NCBI GenBank assembly: GCA_003344405.1
Contig: NOWV01000133.1
Location: 186,001 to 209,928 of the forward strand
DNA length: 23,928 nt
Origin: Trichoplax sp. H2
Taxonomy: Eukaryota
Direction: 5' to 3'
Each line of letters begins with the position of its first letter. Position 1 is the stretch's first letter. The notes beneath the pieces are model-generated. The model saw only the letters and a program-made list of their open reading frames with translations. It was not told where the DNA came from and did not search any database. The translations under genes and the position numbers were made by a program. Shown piece by piece: positions 1-11,800 of the stretch.

Positions 1-111
1 AGTAATTGATATACTTATTTACTATAGTTTACCAGACTGTATTGGAACAACCATGATTCATAATCGTGTAGAGTGATCTAAATAATTTGTAAAACATATT
101 TATTTCCTCAG

Positions 112-3100
112 AGTGGCATACTGGTCGTTGACAGTCCAGGAATTGGTGAGAAGAAAGAAGTACCGCACGCCTTGAGAAGCTACATTTTTAGAGCTGTTGC
201 GTACATCATTGTCGTCAATTCTGCCAATGCTGGAGGAATTCAGGCAGCTAGGGTAAAGTGCTTAATTATACGTTAATGTAGGAGATTGCGATTTATAAAT
301 ATCTTTTATTTAATTTTGTTAGCTTCAAAAATTACTACAACAAATATCAGGTGTGCTAAGAAATGATGGGTATTTAAATTTTAATCCTTCTATGGCACTA
401 TTTATATGTAATAAATGGGATACTGTAGCCGTACCGGAAAGAGAGCTTGTAAAAACTGATAGTATCACCAAGTTGAAGCGGTGCTGGCCAGGTATGATCC
501 AAACCCAAATAATATTTCTATCCATCAAAGAATTGTTGATGGCTAGAGCCGCCAATAATAATGCATTGGTACCACCCGAAGTTGTGCAACTATTCGAAAT
601 GCTTCGTGATTTGATTCCTATTAGTCGAAAACAGAAATTATCGAAATCCTACAGGTGAACGTGATTAAACTATTAGCTTAGAAATGGTTATTCAATCTAA
701 ATTTCAAATATTAAATTTAAAATACTATCTGATTAGAGTTCTGTCTTGGATTAAATAAATCGTATTTAATATTTACTGTTCATTTTTAAGCTTTATGGCT
801 GCTTTCGTTGAAGGTGTACAAGAAACATGTCGATGTTATCTTCTGAGGGCAAAATCAATGGAGAGCGAACTAAAGGAAGATAAATCAAGATTAAAACTAT
901 TGGAAACAACAACGCAAAAGTGTATGAAAGAATTAGTTACGGAAAAAAATGCATTAATAAACGCTCTCATTGCAAAGTATCGGAAATTTGTTGAAAGTCT
1001 GAATAATGAATCCATAGTAAGTTGGTCGGAAAATGACCTTTTAGATAAAGAATTTGATGAAGATAATTTAATGAAATTACAAGAACATGCCGTTCTTAAA
1101 GTTAGGCAACGCTTAAATAATCATTTAGAACTTGTTGCACAAGAGATACATGAAGATCTTCAGATAGCAAAAGACTTATTGTTAGAAAAATTTACCACGA
1201 GACTTGATGAAATTTTTGATCAGACTCAGTCAAAATTAGTTGAATCAGCTGATATCGAAAATGATACACAAACGAATGACTTCTACTTAGATCCAAGAAC
1301 TGGGTATTCGAAATTCTCAGAATTATACGGATTATACGATGTATGGACTAATATGACCGCGGCAAGGAGGGCTGCATTTATCCTTACAAGTCCTGTATGG
1401 GTGGCCCCAGCATTCATAGCTAGCCCTATCTACTATATTACAAAGTTGGTGAAAACCCGAAATCAACAAGAAGAGATTCAGAAATTTAAACAAAACAAAC
1501 CTGAAGAAATGAAAGCTATCACGCTTCTAATTCTTGACCATATCGGTTCAGAAAACTTTGCAAGAAAATTTGTTGTTGAGAAATTTGATTCATTAGCAAC
1601 TTCTCTACTAAACAGTGTTAAAAGTACAATACTAAAATCTTTGCAAAGTAGAATTGATACCATTAAAACGGCTTTAAAGGATAAACGATGCCCTAAAGAA
1701 ATCAACAAGCTTTATAAACCGCTCAAAGAAGATGCTCGAAAACTATTAATAAATTTAAACAACTTTTACTTACAAGAATTAAGTGAATCATCGATTAAAT
1801 TCAAAGATCTACAGGGATTCAATGAAGAATCTACCCCACTGTCATTAGGATTAAAAGTAAAATTATATCGGGCAACGCTGCACAAAAATGATGAAGAAAA
1901 GAACGTTATTATACAAGTCCCTGTTGACAAATCTATGCGTGATATGCATGAATTTGTCAGTAATTGCCAGATTATCAGGTAACCTTTTAATTAATGCATA
2001 AAATAATAAGCTAATTACTTTTCATTGTACAGTGGTTAAAGTAGCTTATAATTGATTCCTACAGTTATGTCAATTGATACTTTATCTCTTACATGGCGAA
2101 TAATATCGTTACTATCTGATCTTTTAATCACCTTATTAGTACTCTGGAATCGCAAAATGTCTTGAAATTTTTAAGTATCTGCTATACTCCACCACCAACA
2201 ATAACGGCAATTGGAATTTTCGAAAATTGTAATTCAACCCTTCGAGACTTGATCTTATACAATGAAACAATTGTTAGTGAAAGCGACTCAGATACTATTC
2301 GTTTCAGAAAGATTTATTCCATGGTTAATCAAATTATACAAGGCATCGTATATTTACATGCGAAAGAATTGATTCATGCCCACTTAACGACTGAAAATGT
2401 ATTGGTATGTTATATAGCTTGTTTTATATTAATAAAATTTAGTAGCCATTAATGTCTCAAAGCTGTTCGCCAAAAAGCAGTTAAAGAAATACTGCACTAT
2501 ATTTATCAATTTTGAACCTAGTAATTATACTCGAGAGGTAATAGTCATTAAAGTATTAAACATTATATAGTGATGGCATTTAATGATCAGTTTTATTGAT
2601 GATAGGTTTCGTTAGACAAAGATCAGCACAAATTAAAGCTGTGCCATGCAACGAAACAATGCACACTCTACGAAGACATTGATTTTGAAGAGTCAATAAT
2701 CCCCTATTTGGCCCCTGAAGTTTTAAAAAGTAGATATATTTCTTTTTTTATTTATTAATACAATATCTAAGATAAATAGGCATGTGGAAATATCGAAAGC
2801 CTTAGCTACGATAACCTGGTTTATGATGCAAACCTTATCTTTTAGCAAATAGTATATCATCTCTAGCTTACTACGTGTTATTAAATCATTCTAGGCTATT
2901 ATTATAAAGAGGCTTCAGATGTCTACAGCTTTGCAATATTGTTTTGGGAAGTTTGGTACTGGAAATTGGTGACTAATTTGTTTGACTGGAATACTAATAC
3001 CTGCCATAGTCAAAAAATAAGCGATCTGTTCAAAATGCATAAACTTACTCCTAAACCTCATAGAAATGTAGACGGAATATGTTTAGATTCCTTGGCTATT

Positions 3101-3172
3101 AATCCCAATGAAAGACCAGATATTATTTCTTGGCATGATATTTTAGAAGATATTACGAAGAATCTTCAATAA
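112..3172 (+). CDS. 5'-partial multi-exon gene: dynamin-like (mitofusin/BDLP-type) GTPase - helical region with hydrophobic segment - protein kinase-like (pseudokinase) fusion, 775 aa visible
   Basis: Exons 112-252, 323-654, 791-1978, 2140-2404, 2606-2729, 2895-3172. All are bounded by AG/GT with consistent phases (0,2,2,0,1); total 2328 nt = 775 aa + TAA. Motifs: ILVVDSPGIG (G3), FICNKWD (G4), QNVLKFLSIC, QIIQGIVYLH, IHAHLTTENVL, YLAPEVLK, SDVYSFAILFWE, NPNERP. The G1 P-loop and start codon lie upstream of the window. The donor at 2730 (GTAGAT) is weaker but gives the phase needed by the 2895 acceptor. Confidence 0.88.
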
Positions 3173-4842
3173 ATATCTCATCTATCTTATGCATAATCTT
3201 TAACATGATTGAAAGATACTTAAGCTAATACACTAACGAAAATTTAATCGGCAGCATTCATGTTTATAAGGCAAATTGGTGACATTATCCATATTGATTG
3301 AATTTTTTTAACTTCTGTCAATTTCTAATTTAACGAACATTTATGTTATTCCGTCCAAAAGACATATCAAGAGGATTTACTTATTAAATTCAAAATATAT
3401 TAAATAGCTTACTTATGCGAAATGTCATGAGCTGAGAGCTCGCTCGAGTAATGAAATATAGATTTAACGTCTATTTAAAACAATTTTAATACATCGCTAA
3501 CTTCTGAACTGATAATTAATCAGTTCTCTAACTTTAATAATAAGCTAATTATCTTTAAGGTTAAATCGATGATTAATCCAACGTAGTTATGATGATTGAA
3601 TAAAACACAAAGAGCACATCTACCAGCCCTGATTAGTGAAATTACTGTGCTACAAATATCTTATTGGGCCTTATCTAAAATTTTACGATAAAGGGAATAA
3701 TGAAATGAAAGGTAGCAGATATGTACCGCTATTAATTTCACATATTAGAATATACGATATACGTGTATAAGCACGAAAGCCATCTCAGTTTCCGAAAGTA
3801 CTGTCAAAATAGTGCTAAAATTTTTTTTCAAAGTAATTATTCAGAGAAGCATAATGATTAAATTATATGCCGCTGAAGATCATTGTTGTATTCAGCGATA
3901 TAAACTGTACTGCAAGTACTGTAAATTGTAGAAAACTTTGAGAAATGCCCATTAAGGCCTCAAGAACACAAGTCAGTCATTTGCGGTACTGTATCCCCCA
4001 AAAATATTAATAATTTATACGGTACTGAAAACATTTAGGACATTTACGCTGGAATGTAAAGGTAAAAGTAAAAAATTTTGCCTGTATACAGTAGATAAAA
4101 ATATCTGATTATAGTGAGATGGTGTAACAATTAAAATCAATTTAAATTATATCACTCTTATTAATACAACCGTTAATATTTGTGCTATAAGATCAGTCCA
4201 ATAGGTTAACTGCAAGAAAAGTCGAGTAGAACTACCGCACGTTGGTTTACGTGTATGCCACAATTAATATTATATATCAGCTAGGGAATGCAAGAGAGAA
4301 GCTGCTCTGTAAAGACTACTCAAGGCTGACAACTGCTATAAAATCGCCAAACACTACTAGATAAAAGGTATACTCAGTATAAGATATGCAGTTAAACGTA
4401 TAAGGCAATACAATATCACCCATACTGTAAATTTCCATTTTATCATTTCAAATTAGATTGTGAATGTTATTAATATCGGACTTCATACTGGATATTACAA
4501 ACAGAGAATACAAGCTGTGCTAGTGATAATGATGAGTTGATCAAAATTGATCTATTCAAAGCTACCTCGGTATCTGATGTTATCTAATGTTGATTAACAA
4601 CGTACACAAGAATGTCGCCCATGAGATCTTATCGATAACTATCTTCTTAGCTGTATAGCCTTGAAAATGAGAGACAATAGAGTTTCGAAGGATTTTATGT
4701 ATATTGGTAGCTCTCGAAAGGCAGAATAGAGGAACTCCACCCAAAGACGAAGGTAAATTTATTTTTCAATTTCCTTACTTAATGAGTTTATGCTGCTATA
4801 GTGATACCAGATGACTGTGACAATATTTACATACAATACAGT

Positions 4843-5066
4843 AAGGGACTGCTCAAGAACAAATTTTACCCATTTCTATCCCATCTCATATCACATACTC
4901 GTAATTTATAATCACCAAGGATTACTCAAGTACAAATTTCATCCTTTTTCTCACGTCTCTTACTCTTACTTCATAATCCCAGGGATTAATTCCGGATTAT
5001 AAAGTAAGAGTAAGAGATGTAAGAAAAAGAATGAAATTTGTTCTAGAGTAGTCCCTAGCGATTATA
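4843..5066. repeat. Long inverted repeat (73-bp arms, 14-nt spacer) preceded by a degenerate direct copy of the left arm; foldback/MITE-like
   Basis: Left arm 4907-4979 versus reverse complement of 4994-5066: 63/73 identical by manual alignment. 4843-4905 (aagggactgctcaagaacaaatttt...) resembles the left arm. Confidence 0.85.
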
Positions 5067-5114
5067 TAGTAAAAAATAAAGTGCTTACAGTAAGAGCATA
5101 TCAGTACAATCATG

Positions 5115-5152
5115 GACTACTAAAATATTCCCTAGGGAACATTTTAGTAGTC
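5115..5152. repeat. 38-bp near-perfect palindrome
   Basis: gactactaaaatattccct|agggaacattttagtagtc: 18 of 19 pairs, no spacer. Confidence 0.85.
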
Positions 5153-5866
5153 TATGAAGTATTACAGCATGACTGCCCATTGTACATTACAGTAGCACTG
5201 TACATGCACAGAAGATGCGTCGAAACGATGTACACTGTAGTATATCGAACTAGAGTTTATACCGATTTTTTCAGATATGTCATTGACAAGTTCTAATTTT
5301 ATTAATTGAAAGTATTATTAAAATTCACTAAATATGCTAGAAATGACGATTAAAATGTATTTATGCACTATACTACAATTAAGGAATAAACTATCTATCT
5401 CTTGACATTTAATTGAACATCTAACATCGATAAAAACAATAACTTCATAATCGAATCCTTTGCTATTTACGGTTCTTAAATTACTATGCGCTATGTCATG
5501 ATAATGAAATTAGATAGTGCATCACTTTTTATTTAAAGTAAATGCAGTCGAAGGGCATATATTGTTACTTGACTTTCTCTGTTGCATTGCGAATACAGTA
5601 TGGCAATACCGTAATAATCAGTATCAGTTTACCTTTGTAGCAAACCGTAGCAAGTTTAAGCTCACATGAAAACAGTGCATGAAAGGTAAAATATTACTAT
5701 GTACTGAAAAATACACAAACACACACAATCGTACTTTTGACTTTTCATTATATATTAATAAAAGTAAAAAGTGTAAGTAAGGTACGCAAGTATTACGAGT
5801 GAAGGATGGTAAAAAAAGTAATGATAACTGTACGAGTGTACTGAATTATGTTATAGATAAATTACT

Positions 5867-8800
5867 TTAACTTTTAAAGATCATTGGCGCGTTATTTCGC
5901 CTCTGCCTTATCTTCGTAATAATTGCCTGAGCGTCTACATCCTGCAAAAATAGAAAATATTGGATGGTATAAACCACACAAAATATAAAAATTCCTAATT
6001 CATTTATCTAAATAGAGACATTTCCGTAATAGTTTCCATAATATTTAGTGTATAAAATTAGTATAGCATAACCCATCAATGCAGTTTAATTATGAATACC
6101 TTACGGTTTTAAATATAGTTATCTATACGCACGTATGTAAATACTAATTTCATGGAAGTGTATTGAACTATTGATATACTAAACTTAACTAAATGCTGCC
6201 GTAAATTAGGTTAATTTAGGTCAAGAATAACTGTCATAATCTAATTCAATGCATAAAGTTAGTATGGCAAAAACCCATTTCTAAATAAATTTTATAATTT
6301 ATTTGATATTAACGTAAGATCTAAACTAGTAAAAATCTCGAAACCGGTATGAAGGCAGAAGCTAAAATCCTTCAGTATATCTTAACAAATCGATGTCTTA
6401 TTAACTGCTCATCTTATCTCTGAGATTCCGTTAGCGACTTTGATCTTATCTTTAAAAAGGTTATATTCCTAGAGTGATGTATACCTATCATCTAGAATAA
6501 CTACCAAATCTAAAACTACAAATTTCCGTAAGCATTTTATCACGCAACTAAATCATTACCATAAACTTAGCTTAGATAGCACAGTTACTATTGCTGTATA
6601 ATTACATCATAACTTATCTATGATGCGCATACCTTGCAACTTATTAATTTAATATCTACTACGCAAATTTTTCATGGTACTTCCAAAAAGAGACTTAATC
6701 CATGACTATAGGTCTTATTTTAGTTTTTCCATTGATCGAATGGCAGCAAGTGAATAACTAACTTTAAAACTTACGTTTTTAATAAGAGAAATAAGTTGAT
6801 CAACAAAGCCATCATTAGCATCAATATTAGACCGCTTGAATGATTTTTCCACTGATTCGTTTTTGGAGTATCTTCTAGCAAAGCTACCATTAGATACGTT
6901 AGCAGCTTTCACCCTCAATTTTGCAGCCTATTATGAATCACTTACGAGCATTAATTCAAACTGAAGTATGTACTATCGCCATGGTGAGTATTAAATAAAG
7001 CGGAAAACAAAAACTGCAATTTATCCAAAAAATTCGATCATCCATAATAGTTAGATAACCATTAAGTCCATACAATACCCGTATTTATCGAAATATTAAT
7101 AATCTATCAGATTAAATTCTGTTTAAAGAATAATTCATCGTGGGTACTCATTTCATTATCAAAAATTAAATCAAAAATCTCGTATGGTCACGATCAGTGA
7201 TTTTAACTGTATAAACTTATGGCATCATGGTTACTGAAATGTTAAGTATGTATGGTAATGCATAACGTGAATATAGACTATGATTTACGATACATACTAT
7301 TACGTTTATTAAAACATGTTTCTAATATTGTTACTATTTTGGTATTCTTCTTTTCTAGCAGTGCTATCAGTCAATGTATCACCGGTACTTTACATATATA
7401 TTTACATATTACAATCGCTTACTTTTGGAACGAAGACGAGGCACATGGTAACAGTAACACCAAATATAATGAAACCGGAGGTAACTGCAAAACCAGCATT
7501 AACATTGTTGCCGAGAAGCATACTGACAATAATGCCAATTACACACAATAAAGTTGTGTTATAAATTGATAAGCCAATGTAATGGGAATCATTAAGTGCA
7601 GGAATATTAACATGTCTCGTTTCCCAGGCAAGAAATGTTCCAAAAATTAGTACTAGCACCTTTATACAATATAGAATGCCAATCCAAACATAAATGTAAT
7701 TGCAGCTACAATATGCAACATAGTAGTAGATGACCAAATTTAAATCTTCAGTTGAATCCTATCAGAATATTTGACCAGAATGTCAGCAATATTGATCACA
7801 TGATGGTGATAGTTCTGTTGAATATGCTCCAACAGGTAGTTTATACAGAATGTTAAACCATAACCATGATAACTAGTAAGACAGTGCATGGAAGTTAATT
7901 ATTGGACGATATCTAGCGAATCTATTATAAAAATGCAACGATTATGACATTTTTTGCCAATTCCAACGGGCTTAGATAGATTAGTAGATACTGTAGTAGA
8001 TGGAAATCATAACTAGCAATACGCTTACTTTAATGAAATATAGATAAAATTTTTCGTTGCTGCAGAAATAGTCCACTTAAATTAGATTAAGAATGATAAA
8101 ATGTTAAAGTAAATTATATTTTTAATTCGCTAGTGCAATTACCGTAAGGTTTTTAAAAAACACTAACGTATACTTCATAGTTATCGTTTCTACGGTTCCT
8201 ATCATTGCATTATTAGGGGCTAGCTCAAGCTACTGTCATTGACAACTTATTATCATATAGCTCAATTGTAAACCGCGCAGCGTGTTAAACTAGATCATTA
8301 GAATTAATTATAAAGTGCTTTTAATACAATTTAGCAATGAATTGTTTTAATCAACTGTTAGATAAAGTTATACAATCTACCTCAGTTCTTAAAAATCTCA
8401 GCTTGCTAGTTAATGGATCGATCAATTCCCAAATTGTCAAGTAAATAACATCAAATATTACCAAGAAAATGACCATGATGATAAGCTGATAATCTCGAAT
8501 GACCTGATAAAAACAATACTAATATATTAAGATATACGTAAATGTGTACTACAATTTATCAACCCATATGTTGCGTACATGAAGAATTTATCAACAATAG
8601 CTAGAAATTACAATTTTAGTTTTTTTGCCGCTGGTAAAGATTCGGTAAACGCGCCATGTTTTGGTTAGTAGAGATCCAAAAGCGATTGAAAATCCAACGC
8701 TTAGTAACCACACACGAACTGCACATATTGCAGGAGGAAACATCCCGCCAGCACTGTTGGAATCGATACCGAATGTTATCGCTGCAATATAACAAATGAT

Positions 8801-11800
8801 ACAGCCAAAAAGAAATAGATTGTTGATGGTAGGACTTGACATTTTGATATGTCTAACAAATAATATCAAATTCAAGAATTTTAGTAGGATTGATGCTTAT
8901 TAAAGCGAAATTATGTCCCGAGTCATAATTAAATATCCATAATTGTTTAAGGGCTTATATCAAATCAGTGAAGATTTTCCATACAAGTGTAGAGATAGAT
9001 TGCTCAGATAAAACCTTAATTGTTAATATTTTCGATAAAGGTAACAATTATCAATTTTACAGAATCATTTTCAGGTAGATTTTACATTCGCTATAAACAT
9101 CACTATGGTTGAAAGTTAATAAATTACTACGTTAAATCCAATATTAAAATATTCAGCTCACCTGAGTTTTCTGTGAGTAATATTTATTACAAGAAAAATT
9201 GAAGCGCAAATTATAGCTAATACAGCCAGAACAGTCATGGCAAGAAAAGTTGCTCTTGAAATTCCAATAATACTATCCTCGGTTTTTACTTGATCTGCTG
9301 GTACACCTCCACCTGCGATATCGCAAAAAAGAAATAGAAATTATGTCGAGAGCAAGTAATCTTAACAGGATAAAATTAATCCATCAATAGAAGTTATGAA
9401 ACGACCATATTAAATACGCTTATTATCACTAAAAGGATAATTACTGATTCATGGGCGGTAACACATAACAGATTTCTCGTATTTACTCTAACCAACTTGA
9501 TGACAGTTTGCCTTACAATCAACGGAACGCAATCTACAACACAAATATCACACTTACTAATCCAATAAATTTCATCTTCTTTGATATTCATTTTCTCTGT
9601 GAGACCAAAATGTGTCCCAACTTGGACAATTTTTGACTGATTATTCTTGACTATAGTTCATCATTAAATACAGAATTAGTATTAAAGAAAAGTAAGCTTA
9701 TACCCTCAATTGAGAGATAAATAAGGAATACTATCAGTATTAACAACTACAGTATCGCTAATTCTTGATAATCATGTAGACTTTCCGATAACAATTGGTA
9801 GTTTGTAATCATTTATACTTTGGCATTGGTAAATTCCAACGTCAGTTATTCGAGCTCCGTCAGTGAAACGAACTGGTCCCTATAGAACAACAATATAAAA
9901 TTACCTTAGTAATTGATATAAAGTATGAAACTGTTGCACATTGAAGTCTACAACGCATACTTACACTAATTCCAATAAAATTTGTGTTTGACATTTCATT
10001 AAATAAAATACTTCTTATAAAGTTATTTTTATAATGAAAATCAGATAATGTACTTCCACTTTCTTTAAGAATATTCTCAGTTTTGTTTAAAGCCAATGCC
10101 AATGCCCACATTGCATCATAACCATTTATTTGAAAATACTTATAAAGTGAAGGTGGCCGTTGAACATAACTGTAGTAGTGCTCCATGTATTGGGATGAAT
10201 TCTAATAGCATTTCAAAGTATAACATATAGATACATAAAAACATACAGTAAATATTTTAGTCAATTAGATGTAGTAAGCTACATGAATCTGGAATTTAAC
10301 ATCAAAGAAACAAGCCTTTATTTTATCTATGCCAAATTATATAAAGTTATTAATCAGATAGATTTTTGTTATCACATTCGTGTTATACAGCAATCTATTT
10401 TGGCAGCGAAAAATTCGATATAAACTCCTTACAACAGACAACATCTACTTTACGATCCAGCAGACTCGCTGTTGTTAATCAAATTAAGAGCTGATGTAAG
10501 AAGGTACAGTAGAATTAGCAGATTTAATGCATATTCCAAGAAGGTATAATAGTTGATATTAACACCTATTCAGAAACGGAATTGTAAGTTTGGATATTAG
10601 ATTAGCATCAACATGTAAAATGTTTTAGTAATACGTGATTAGTTATGCGTAAATTTCTCACAGAATTGTAACTTATGGAAATTTTACAACAGGATTATTA
10701 CTTTCTACTAACTATATTGGTTAGTCAGTGATAGCCTCATTGTCAATTAATAATTACTTTTAGTCTATAAATTAGTAATTATAAATTAGCCTTTTTTGAC
10801 AATATTCAGAACTATTGAGCCTTTAGATATATATTCCTGAGTACCGTTGCAATATTTTCATCTATTTTGTTAATTTTTCCTATTTTCTATTACCAATAGA
10901 TGAGTGCTAATCATCAAATCTCATTAACTGCCATAATACTGCTCTGTAGATATTATATGGAGTGATAATCATATAGTCTATGAATTACGTGCATTGTGAA
11001 GAAGTTTGATCATAATTTAGCAACAGTTAGTATTACAGGCGTCATTATATACAGAGTAGCATAGAGTCGTTTACGTAGTGATAAAAAATTTTCAAGCATG
11101 ATTGACTTACCATGCCAGAGATTGTGTTTGGATTAAGGCCCAATTTGATATTATTAAAAGTAAAATAGTTTGTTAAAACTTGTTCAATTTCAGCGATAGA
11201 GCAGTTCACATTCCCTTGTCCGAGATTGGATTTCCACCAATCCGTATTATGCCCATATGTAATAAACCAAATATAATGAGGCCCGTATAAACCTTGATGA
11301 TAGGCCTGAAAGCAAGTATCAAAACCATTATGAGAAATTACTATGTAATCACGGGTCATTCACTAACGTAATACGTCGATGCTACCTGTAATTAATCTTT
11401 TATTCCTTACTATTTTAGAAATCGAAGAATATGAAAAACTGAACATTTGTTCGGTATAGATGTAGCATATCATTTTTGATATTCAAATTAAAATGCTGCT
11501 ATGTTATCCCAATAGAATCAGTCAGATAAGCCTACAAATAAATTTATTACAGATTTCGTTTACTGGCTATCAAATACTACAAGACATTCATGAGATAGTT
11601 ATAGATTTCAAAATATGGCATTGTAATTTTACGATGTAGATCTCGCAATTCACTCAGGTAGCACAAACCGTAAAAATGCCAGTAGCATCGAAATACGCGA
11701 ATTATCTATGATACTTCACTAAATACTAAAGCCTTTGATAATTTTTAGGACACTAATAAGACCCGCTTATTTATTTACAATCGCTAAAAATATCCATAAC

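Noticed and set aside
325-1708. Minus-strand ORFs 325-555 and 1478-1708
   Set aside because: Antisense shadows of exons of the GTPase-pseudokinase gene; no recognisable motifs.
4811-5296. Plus-strand ORFs of 63 and 71 aa
   Set aside because: They overlap the inverted repeat and palindrome; their mutual similarity (YNHxGLLKY) reflects the DNA repeat, not a protein.
6632-6660. Possible micro-exon before a GTATGC donor in the GPCR last intron
   Set aside because: Both nearby AG acceptors give an immediate or early in-frame stop in the required phase 0.
7252-7564. Plus-strand ORFs of 99 and 82 aa
   Set aside because: Antisense to the TM5-TM7 exon of the GPCR.
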